In this document: positions 1 to 6,534 of the stretch, in pieces
How the letters are laid out: every line of letters starts with the position of its first letter
Position numbering within the stretch: the stretch's first letter is position 1
From: a virus
Lineage: Duplodnaviria > Caudoviricetes
IMG/VR virus record: IMGVR_UViG_3300043416_000030
Span: 1-27,006 of that record
Direction: 5' to 3' (one strand)
Length of the DNA: 27,006 nucleotides
Notes under the pieces: generated by a model
The model's database searches: none
What the model was told of the DNA's origin: nothing
The model's input: the letters and a program-made list of their open reading frames with translations, nothing else
Position numbers and translations under genes: made by a program

Positions 1-174
1 GCTGACCATAGCGATGACTACGAGATTGACTTTGCCGTATTTGACGAGCAAGATAAACACATTACTTACGATATAAGTAAGAAGCAATATAACCATTGTG
101 AAAACAAAGCAATGGATGAGATGTTAGAGATAACAACGCAATGGCGAAAAGAATGGGAAGAAATTAGCGTATGA
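1..174 (+). CDS. Hypothetical protein, 5'-truncated (acidic)
   Basis: Frame 1 is open from base 1 (ADHSDDYEIDFAVFDEQ...WEEISV) to TGA 172-174, overlapping the next ATG (ATGA). Confidence 0.7.
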   Translation, partial: ADHSDDYEIDFAVFDEQDKHITYDISKKQYNHCENKAMDEMLEITTQWRKEWEEISV

Positions 175-362
175 CAAAAGCAGAGATGATTCAGCACTTA
201 CGCATGGCGGCTTGTAATGAGAATACAGTCACAGGCATGGCAAACGCATTTGACTTAGGTGCTGAACATGAACGGGATGTTATTGCTTCCATCATCTTCA
301 ACATGGTGAAAGAACAGCATCTAGCCCAGAACATTGTTGACACAATGAGGGTTAGAGAATGA
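171..362 (+). CDS. Hypothetical phage protein (63 aa)
   Basis: ATGA overlaps at both ends; 'GAEHERDVIA' resembles a motif seen in small phage early proteins. Confidence 0.75.
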   Translation: MTKAEMIQHLRMAACNENTVTGMANAFDLGAEHERDVIASIIFNMVKEQHLAQNIVDTMRVRE

Positions 363-658
363 ACTCAAAACTTGACGATGCCTTTGATGAACTTGAGTTT
401 GATGATGTGACTGACCAGATCAGAAATAGTACCTACCTTGCTGAACAAAAGAAAATTTCTACTGGTGTTACAGACGGAAGTATTCAAAGAGCATTGGTCA
501 GGGATTTGACAGAGAATCTACGCTCGTTACCAGTTAGTAATGATCCGTTACTAATTCGTAATGATGTGTTGGAAGAAGTGGCAGTCGAGTTGGCTAAGTT
601 GCCCTTTGGTGATACAGCCGCATCGTATTCCGCATTTGTAAGGGCGATGAAGAGTTAA
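359..658 (+). CDS. Hypothetical phage protein (99 aa)
   Basis: ATGA-coupled to the upstream gene; C-terminal RNDVLEEVA...PFGDTAASYSAFVR segment. Confidence 0.75.
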   Translation: MNSKLDDAFDELEFDDVTDQIRNSTYLAEQKKISTGVTDGSIQRALVRDLTENLRSLPVSNDPLLIRNDVLEEVAVELAKLPFGDTAASYSAFVRAMKS

Positions 659-681
659 TATTTTTTAATAAAGGAGTTAAT

Positions 682-825
682 GTGAATAGAAAACCAATTG
701 GTGTTGACGCACCATACCGAAAGAGCGACTACACATACCAAGATATGCTGTTAGATCGCATCAAAGACCTAGAAGCATTGGTTGCCAAACTTGAGCAACG
801 TATCAAAGTTCTGGAGGCAAAATGA
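682..825 (+). CDS. Small coiled-coil protein (47 aa, GTG start; not in ORF track)
   Basis: AAGGAG Shine-Dalgarno before GTG 682; MNRKPIGVDAPYRKSDYTYQDMLLDRIKDLEALVAKLEQRIKVLEAK; TGA overlaps ATG 822. Confidence 0.75.
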   Translation: MNRKPIGVDAPYRKSDYTYQDMLLDRIKDLEALVAKLEQRIKVLEAK

Positions 826-1004
826 AAATACAAGACGAACTACAAGCAATCTATGAAGATGAAGAGAATGTCTACTACTGTTGCTATTGCTTACAACCAC
901 AGGGTGAGAAGATTGGCTGTTGCCATGAGAACCATTTTGTCGAGTTCAAGTATCTTGATAACGACTGTAGACAGGAAATTGCACAGGAGATTTTAAATGG
1001 ATGA
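822..1004 (+). CDS. Small Cys-rich, probably metal-binding protein (60 aa)
   Basis: CCYC-x9-CCHENH motif; GGAGG upstream; ATGA overlap. Confidence 0.7.
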   Translation: MKIQDELQAIYEDEENVYYCCYCLQPQGEKIGCCHENHFVEFKYLDNDCRQEIAQEILNG

Positions 1005-1188
1005 TTTCAACCCAACAACCCGTATGTTTCCACGTTCTTTGCGTGAAGCCTACCCAAAAGATTATGTGAACGAAAACCTTATTGAAGGGCCGTTTTACAG
1101 CGCGCCAAACATACACGACTTACCCGTTTTGTTTGCATTGATTGCTGTTCTTGGCATGATTGCAGTAGCCATTTGGAGATACTTTTGA
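997..1188 (+). CDS. Small membrane protein with C-terminal TM helix (63 aa)
   Basis: CAGGAG SD; PTTRMFPRSLREAY N-terminal motif; hydrophobic LPVLFALIAVLGMIAVAIW. Confidence 0.75.
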   Translation: MDDFNPTTRMFPRSLREAYPKDYVNENLIEGPFYSAPNIHDLPVLFALIAVLGMIAVAIWRYF

Positions 1189-1376
1189 ACGACTACTCAA
1201 CCATACTTATGAGGATAGAACAATCGGTGAAAACCCTAGATAAAAAATGCTTGAACAGCAAGTATGATGGATTCATCCAAGACATAAGTGCAATACAGAA
1301 TGATCTGGTTATGCTCAGTCATTGGATAGGTGAACAGCAAGTTAAACATAGTGAATATTTAAAAAGGAGTTACTAA
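1185..1376 (+). CDS. Hypothetical helical protein (probable TTG start at 1185)
   Basis: GGAG 6 nt before TTG 1185, which overlaps the upstream TGA; TAATG overlap with ERF. Confidence 0.65.
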   Translation: MNDYSTILMRIEQSVKTLDKKCLNSKYDGFIQDISAIQNDLVMLSHWIGEQQVKHSEYLKRSY

Positions 1377-1942
1377 TGAATGTATATCAAAAACTAAACG
1401 AGGCGAGAGCCAAGTTCCACAAGAAAGCCCTCAAGAAGTCTGGTCACAATAAGTTTGCTGGCTACAACTATTTTGAGTTAGGTGACTTTGTAATCCCCGC
1501 AATTGAAATCTTCAACGAGGTAGGTCTTACTTCCATTATTCGTTTTGGAAAAGAGATTGCTGAGTTCATTGTTGTCAATACAGAAAAGCCTGACGAGATC
1601 ATCGTCTTCACATCGCCTATGTCTTCAGCCGCCCTAAAGGGTTGCCATGAAGTGCAAAACCTTGGTGCTGTGCAAACCTACCTATCACGCTACCTTTGGG
1701 TTTCGGTGCTACACATTGTTGAGCATGATGCGTTAGACGCTACAACAGGCTTTAAAGCAGTCGAGGAAGGCACTCCAGATGAGGGCAAGATGCTTGACTA
1801 TATTGCGGCTATCGAGGCCACTACAACAGTTGATGAGTTGAAGAACATCTACATTGAGGCATTTGCCGCTACCGATGGAAACAAGGGATGGCAAACCAAG
1901 ATGATTGCCGCCAAGGATGCAAAGAAGAAGGTGCTGAAATGA
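1376..1942 (+). CDS. erf: ERF-family ssDNA annealing protein (recombinase)
   Basis: N-terminal VYQKL...KSGHNKFAGYNYFELGDF and QNLGAVQTYLSRY match the ERF G-S/A-x-x-T-Y-x-x-R-Y signature; lies near the exonuclease. Confidence 0.9.
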   Translation: MNVYQKLNEARAKFHKKALKKSGHNKFAGYNYFELGDFVIPAIEIFNEVGLTSIIRFGKEIAEFIVVNTEKPDEIIVFTSPMSSAALKGCHEVQNLGAVQTYLSRYLWVSVLHIVEHDALDATTGFKAVEEGTPDEGKMLDYIAAIEATTTVDELKNIYIEAFAATDGNKGWQTKMIAAKDAKKKVLK

Positions 1943-2841
1943 ACTTCTTACGAAAGGCAATACCTGAAATACAGGGGCAATTGAATAGACAAAGCAATAA
2001 AAAGTTTATCGAAGTAATTGATTGGGTGTGTGATAGAGCAGTAAAGGCTGAAAAGTTTGTTATGCCTAATGGTGGACAGATTTTTGACTCAGGTTTTAGA
2101 GCCTTGCCTGAAAAGTTAAATTTACCTTTTCCAGAGATTGTTCTTGAATATTCTTGCGTAAAGGTACAGGGGGGAAATGTTGGTAATGGTTTGGCATCAG
2201 AAATACTTGGAGAAGATTTATCTCATAATGCCCCAAAACGAATAGTTTTTGCTATTCAAAAGGAAATTGGCATTGCAATATTTTCCTTAGTTGAAATGAA
2301 AATTCCTTTAGGACAATATAGTTGGATGTTTATGCCTTTTGGTGCGTTAGTGTCAAAGGAAGAAAGTTTCCATCGTTTTGAAAATCCACTTAGCGAAATA
2401 GATAAGCCTTTAGTACAAGGGGTTGCTGTTACTTATCAAGATTTTAGCGGTCTTGCAATACAGCGTCATGGTGCTGATTGGGAGAAGTATGCCGCAATGG
2501 ATTTAAATGATGAAATTCTGTCTGTCTTGTCTTTGCTTGAAGCATTGAGTTGCAAGAATGTAAGTACCGAAAAATTGCCTAGTCGAAAGTTAAACAAAGG
2601 AGCGCAAAAAAGGGGCGCATTGTCTTTTGACGAATATCATGTGCTAACAATAAATAGAGCCAACGCAGATAGTGCTTTGGGGTTTGGTGGGGGAACTCAT
2701 AGGTCACCCCGTGAGCATTTACGCAGAGGTCATATCAGGCGTTTACCGCAAGGAAATGTTTGGGTTAATTCAACAGTAGTTAATCCTAATGTTGGTGGAA
2801 AAATAAATAAAGTATATGAACTGCAAGGAGAAATGGCATGA
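1939..2841 (+). CDS. Uncharacterised protein with C-terminal SPRxHxRRGHxR motif (300 aa from ATG 1939)
   Basis: ATGA overlaps with both the ERF stop and the exonuclease start; HRSPREHLRRGHIRRL motif; AT-rich. Confidence 0.8.
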   Translation: MNFLRKAIPEIQGQLNRQSNKKFIEVIDWVCDRAVKAEKFVMPNGGQIFDSGFRALPEKLNLPFPEIVLEYSCVKVQGGNVGNGLASEILGEDLSHNAPKRIVFAIQKEIGIAIFSLVEMKIPLGQYSWMFMPFGALVSKEESFHRFENPLSEIDKPLVQGVAVTYQDFSGLAIQRHGADWEKYAAMDLNDEILSVLSLLEALSCKNVSTEKLPSRKLNKGAQKRGALSFDEYHVLTINRANADSALGFGGGTHRSPREHLRRGHIRRLPQGNVWVNSTVVNPNVGGKINKVYELQGEMA

Positions 2842-3473
2842 GTGAAGTAGAACAATTAAGCCCTGAGTGGTTTGCTCAACGCTGTGGCAAGGCTACGGCA
2901 TCACGCATATCTGACATCGTTGCTAAAACAAAGTCAGGTTATTCAACAAGTCGTGCTAACTACATGGCTCAGTTGGTAGTCGAGCGCATGACTAACCAAG
3001 TCGCTGAGTCCTACACAAATGCGGCTATGGAATGGGGTACTGAACAAGAACCCTTTGCTAGGGCGGCATACGAGGGCAAGACAGGCATTTTGGTAGACGA
3101 GGTAGGTGCTATTGACCATCCAACCATACTCAAGTCTGCCGCTAGTCCTGACGGGCTTGTGGTAGATAAAGATAACGCATCATTAGGTTGTTTGGAAATC
3201 AAATGTCCAAATACAGCCCAACATATTTCTACCTTGCTAGGTGAGGAAGTAGCAAAGAAATATTACGATCAGATGCAATGGCAATTGGCTTGCACAGGAC
3301 GTTATTGGTGCGATTTCGTGAGTTATGACCCACGGATGCCAAAAGAACTTCAGTTGTTTATCAAGAGAATTGCCAGAGATGACAAGTACATTGCTGAACT
3401 AGAAGGAGAGGTTATTCAGTTCCTTAAGGAAGTGGATGACAAAGTTAATAAGTTAAATCAATTGAGAGGTTAA
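2838..3473 (+). CDS. YqaJ / lambda-exonuclease family 5'-3' exonuclease
   Basis: QLSPEWFAQRCGKATAS, MEWGTEQEPFAR, ASPDG, EIKCP and YYDQMQWQ: the PD-(D/E)XK motifs of YqaJ. Confidence 0.93.
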   Translation: MSEVEQLSPEWFAQRCGKATASRISDIVAKTKSGYSTSRANYMAQLVVERMTNQVAESYTNAAMEWGTEQEPFARAAYEGKTGILVDEVGAIDHPTILKSAASPDGLVVDKDNASLGCLEIKCPNTAQHISTLLGEEVAKKYYDQMQWQLACTGRYWCDFVSYDPRMPKELQLFIKRIARDDKYIAELEGEVIQFLKEVDDKVNKLNQLRG

Positions 3474-3474
3474 T

Positions 3475-3732
3475 ATGGAAAAACGTGATAACTCAGGTGT
3501 TCTTTTTAAGAACGACAAGAAAGAAAATGAAAAGCATCCTGATTACAAAGGAAATATCATGGTAGATGGCAACGAGTATTGGCTATCTGCTTGGATAAAA
3601 GAAGGCAAGACGGGCAAGTTCATGGGCTTGGCAGTATCTCCACGGGATGCACAGCCACCAGCAGGTAAAGTGCCTTATGGTCAAGGTGGAACTACAAAAG
3701 AAGGTCGTGATATGGAAGACGTGCCTTTCTGA
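3475..3732 (+). CDS. Small SSB-like protein (DUF736-like) with acidic DVPF tail
   Basis: GVLFKNDKK...HPDYKG...YWLSAW core; C-terminal MEDVPF resembles the SSB tip DDDIPF; follows the exonuclease. Confidence 0.7.
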   Translation: MEKRDNSGVLFKNDKKENEKHPDYKGNIMVDGNEYWLSAWIKEGKTGKFMGLAVSPRDAQPPAGKVPYGQGGTTKEGRDMEDVPF

Positions 3733-3735
3733 TCT

Positions 3736-3809
3736 AAAAGGGGGAAAGCGGATGCTGACACAACAGGTTTGGACTCCCAAATGTCGGTGTAGCGAGTACC
3801 CCACCTTTT
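3736..3809 (+). ncRNA. Candidate structured RNA (long interrupted hairpin with GAA/AGUA loop-E-like motif); may also terminate transcription
   Basis: Intergenic. GGGG(3740-43)/CCCC(3799-3802), GAA opposite AGUA, UGCUGACA/UGUCGGUG stem, inner UUUGG-ACUC-CCAAA hairpin, flanking AAAAGG/CCUUUU. Confidence 0.55.
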
Positions 3810-3821
3810 CTGGTAAACACA

Positions 3822-4073
3822 ATGACATATAACGCCACATTTTTTCGTAAGAAACCAAGGAAACCAGATTTTGAGCATAAAGGTGAAACGTTTTGGATTT
3901 CACAATGTGATCGTTATGAAATGTGGGATGGTGAATACATTCCACCATTGGTTATCTTTACTGCTTTGTATTTTGATACAGACAAAAAGGTTGATCCAAA
4001 AAAAGAAACAACACTTTTTTTAAATAAGGTTTATGAAAAGGGAAATAAATTGCAGTCTTTTAATAGGAGTTGA
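3822..4073 (+). CDS. Hypothetical protein (83 aa, AT-rich)
   Basis: Fills the gap between the RNA element and the wHTH gene; SD is weak. Confidence 0.5.
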   Translation: MTYNATFFRKKPRKPDFEHKGETFWISQCDRYEMWDGEYIPPLVIFTALYFDTDKKVDPKKETTLFLNKVYEKGNKLQSFNRS

Positions 4074-4074
4074 T

Positions 4075-4437
4075 ATGATTTTTAACAGGAGTTCTCAAAT
4101 GAGTATATTAGACAAAACATGGTTTGGCGGTGAAGTAGAGAAGTTCTTTGGCTCACCAGCCTTCAAGTTGGCAAGGAAAGACTCGCCACAAACGAGCAAG
4201 CAAGCGGCATTACTGGTCAACACGACTAGCCTAGAACAATTGGTATACGAAACTATTGGCACATTCCCCAATGGTTGTATACAAGATGAAGTCTTGGCAA
4301 GACTCTCAGGCAAGCCATATTCCAGCGTCACAGCAAGATTTAAGTCTTTGCTCGAAAAGGGGTATATTGAGGATACTGGTCTGACAAGGGCTGGTAATTC
4401 TGGTAGACAACAACGAGTCTTAAAGGTAAAAATATGA
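4075..4437 (+). CDS. Winged-HTH DNA-binding protein (start at ATG 4075 or 4099)
   Basis: ARKDSPQTSKQAA motif, then GCIQDEV...YSSVTARFKSLLEKGYIEDTG...SGRQQRV helix-turn-helix and wing; both ATGs have AGGAG. Confidence 0.75.
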   Translation: MIFNRSSQMSILDKTWFGGEVEKFFGSPAFKLARKDSPQTSKQAALLVNTTSLEQLVYETIGTFPNGCIQDEVLARLSGKPYSSVTARFKSLLEKGYIEDTGLTRAGNSGRQQRVLKVKI

Positions 4438-4544
4438 GTGAAGTCTTAATTTTTGTAGCAGGAATGATTGCACCTGCCTTTGTAAGTGCAGTCCTAACCC
4501 TCTTTAAATGCTTTGAGGATGTAATCAAGAATAGGATTAAGTGA
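4434..4544 (+). CDS. Small single-TM protein (36 aa; not in ORF track)
   Basis: ATGA overlap; MSEVLIFVAGMIAPAFVSAVLTLFKCFEDVIKNRIK. Confidence 0.6.
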   Translation: MSEVLIFVAGMIAPAFVSAVLTLFKCFEDVIKNRIK

Positions 4545-4648
4545 TGTTTGAAAACATACTTACCATCATTGTTCTGCTTGGACTTGGTGCTTCTATTGCC
4601 GTTGGCATATTGGTGGCAGTCTTCTTCCTTAGTTCGGATAAAGACTAA
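4544..4648 (+). CDS. Small single-TM protein (34 aa; not in ORF track)
   Basis: TGATG overlap; MFENILTIIVLLGLGASIAVGILVAVFFLSSDKD. Confidence 0.6.
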   Translation: MFENILTIIVLLGLGASIAVGILVAVFFLSSDKD

Positions 4649-5241
4649 CCTAAGACCGCTAGAGCCTGTTGAACGTGCTTTATGCGGTCATCTAGCCCGA
4701 TAGTGCCACCATTTATGATCTTGGTTACTTTAGTGTAGTCAAGGGCATCCGCTGGAGCATTGAGGTTGTGGGTAGACCAAAACCATCCTCCAGTAAGGGC
4801 GGCATATTTTGGATTAGAAGCCAGATCAGGGTTAGACACAAGATCCACACCCAATGCTTTACCAGCATGGAAATAAGAACTATGGCCTGTGATTTGGATA
4901 ATTCCGCGACCACGGAAACGAAAACCGTCACCAGAATTCTCGTCACGGTTGCCCATACGAGAGCAATATACAGAATTTGCGATCTTTTTAGGATTTCCCG
5001 AATACTCATTGGCTTTCTCCAAAGTGGGAAACCTTCTAGGCCACAGTTTCATCAACGTTGCCGCCTTGTAGTTTAGGTTTTCTTCTAATAACCGAAAGTT
5101 ACCGCACTCATGCGAACATTGACCAATGAACATAGCCATTTGGTTCTTTGTCGTAATATTAAAACGAGAGAATGTCTCATTCAGGGCATCCACCCAATCA
5201 GCACCAATGTGGAGTTTTTGCAGTTGTTCAGCGTTTACCAT
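4645..5241 (-). CDS. Endolysin, glycoside hydrolase family 19
   Basis: FIGQCSHECGNF..LEENLNY catalytic segment, FRGRGIIQITG, WFW and TKIINGGTIGLDDR. Confidence 0.93.
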   Translation of the reverse strand: MVNAEQLQKLHIGADWVDALNETFSRFNITTKNQMAMFIGQCSHECGNFRLLEENLNYKAATLMKLWPRRFPTLEKANEYSGNPKKIANSVYCSRMGNRDENSGDGFRFRGRGIIQITGHSSYFHAGKALGVDLVSNPDLASNPKYAALTGGWFWSTHNLNAPADALDYTKVTKIINGGTIGLDDRIKHVQQALAVLG

Positions 5242-5692
5242 TTGATTTCTCCATTACTGCTTGGTAGGCATCGATACAGGCGTTGAGTTGGTTGATGGCT
5301 TTGTCTCCGTCTGCGGCGATTTGAGCAATAAGTCGGAGAGTCTCTGTGTCAGATTCGCTTGCCGCTTGGTTGCTATTTCCGCTGGCAACGGGGGGATTTC
5401 CATTGGTTTGTACGCAACTTGTGGACGGGAGGCGCACCCTACCAGCACGAATAGCACGATCAAGACTAGACTGTTTTTCAGTAATGGCATTGTTAGCCTC
5501 CAAAAGTTTCGATGATTGTTCATTTAATTGTTTGGCAAGTTCTTGCTCTTTTACACGGGATTCTTCGTTCTTGACAGCAATCTCTGCTTGCATCTCAGCA
5601 TCACGCTCATCCCACCCTTTATGGTGTCCATAGAAATAGACGCTCACAGCCACCAAGATAGCACCCAAGATAACCCAAGGATTAGGGATCAT
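5228..5692 (-). CDS. Inner-membrane spanin (Rz-like)
   Basis: N-terminal TM, long coiled coil, GRVRL, C-terminal QLNACI; a lipoprotein gene is nested inside it. Confidence 0.88.
   Translation of the reverse strand: MIPNPWVILGAILVAVSVYFYGHHKGWDERDAEMQAEIAVKNEESRVKEQELAKQLNEQSSKLLEANNAITEKQSSLDRAIRAGRVRLPSTSCVQTNGNPPVASGNSNQAASESDTETLRLIAQIAADGDKAINQLNACIDAYQAVMEKSNGKR
5254..5490 (-). CDS. Outer-membrane spanin lipoprotein (Rz1-like), embedded in Rz
   Basis: GGAGG 6 nt before ATG 5490; signal peptide with lipobox LVGC; Pro-rich mature region (IPPLPAE). Confidence 0.88.
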   Translation of the reverse strand: MPLLKNSLVLIVLFVLVGCASRPQVAYKPMEIPPLPAEIATKRQANLTQRLSDLLLKSPQTETKPSTNSTPVSMPTKQ

Positions 5693-6195
5693 GTTTCAGC
5701 CTTTGCTAAAGCCCGTTCATTGGCTATATTCTCTTTCTCAGGGTCAACATAGTCAGGTGGAGTAGTAGGTGGTGGTGGCGCTCTCCACTCCTCGTCTAAG
5801 ACAGGGTTTATCCAAGCAGGTAATGCTCCTGAAGGAGATGTCCAAGTAGAGGTGCTAGGGGGCGTAGGGGGTGGTGTAGGGGTGCTAGGAGGGGGTGGAG
5901 GTGGTGCAGTAGCAGATAGTTTTTCAGAGACAGTTTGCACACCCTTACGGCTCATTACGCCACCAATGCCGCCCACAATGAGCAAAACAATGTCGTTCAG
6001 CATCTTGGCAAACGCTTGGTCAATCGGAGCCATGCTCTTGATAGGCTGAACTACGAAAGCCAGGCTATACAGCATAAAGATCACGATACCAGCGAGGATG
6101 ATTGTTACGATTAGGACTACGCAAGCCCAAACTCGTATTTCAATTTCCTCTTGGCTCAGAAGCCGATTGATTTGGAATTTGTGGGGGTTGGACAA
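5689..6195 (-). CDS. Two-TM membrane protein with Pro-rich C-terminal tail (holin or lysis-accessory candidate; TTG start)
   Basis: GGAG before TTG 6195; TM1 VWACVVLIVTIILAGIVIFMLYSLAF, TM2 IVLLIVGGIGGVM; poly-Pro tail. Confidence 0.7.
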   Translation of the reverse strand: MSNPHKFQINRLLSQEEIEIRVWACVVLIVTIILAGIVIFMLYSLAFVVQPIKSMAPIDQAFAKMLNDIVLLIVGGIGGVMSRKGVQTVSEKLSATAPPPPPPSTPTPPPTPPSTSTWTSPSGALPAWINPVLDEEWRAPPPPTTPPDYVDPEKENIANERALAKAET

Positions 6196-6361
6196 CTTGT
6201 TTCTCCAGAATAGGTGCTACGAGGTAATCAGGACAGTCTTGGGTGAATTGGCAGTCTGGGCGTTGGCAACGCTTGGCAGAGAAATGCTTTGGGTCTTGGC
6301 AAAAATACCGATAGCGGTCTTCACAACCAACTAAAAGCATAAGCACCAATAAATACTTCAT
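6140..6361 (-). CDS. Small Cys-rich lipoprotein
   Basis: MKYLLVLMLLVG-C lipobox; mature EDRYRYFCQDP with four further Cys. Confidence 0.8.
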   Translation of the reverse strand: MKYLLVLMLLVGCEDRYRYFCQDPKHFSAKRCQRPDCQFTQDCPDYLVAPILEKQVVQPPQIPNQSASEPRGN

Positions 6362-6534
6362 TTAGATTCTTTCAGTTCTTGTTTCAACTTGCGTAATTCT
6401 TTCATCTCTCGCTTGAGTTGTGCTTTCATGTAAAGAGTCTCAACATAAGCCATTGAGGTAGCACCTACGACAATACAAAGCATCACTCCGATTAAAACCC
6501 ACCAGATAAGTTTTGCAGTTGCCACATTAGCCAT
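6358..6534 (-). CDS. Small TM + coiled-coil protein (58 aa; not in ORF track; start ATG 6534 or GTG 6525)
   Basis: MANVATAKLIWWVLIGVMLCIVVGATSMAYVETLYMKAQLKREMKELRKLKQELKESK; ATGA overlap with the lipoprotein gene. Confidence 0.7.
   Translation of the reverse strand: MANVATAKLIWWVLIGVMLCIVVGATSMAYVETLYMKAQLKREMKELRKLKQELKESK

Noticed and set aside
1888-1938. ORF-track start at 1888 for the 317 aa ORF
   Set aside because: It overlaps erf by 55 nt; ATG 1939 gives the ATGA coupling typical of this operon.
3736-3809. tRNA, hammerhead or HDV-like ribozyme identity for the intergenic RNA
   Set aside because: No T-loop or cloverleaf, no CUGANGA core, and no HDV-type L3/P1.1 could be fitted; kept only as an unassigned structured RNA.
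5858-5895. Four G-runs on the plus strand (G-quadruplex-like)
   Set aside because: Fully explained by the poly-Pro codons of the 5689-6195 gene; no independent evidence of function.
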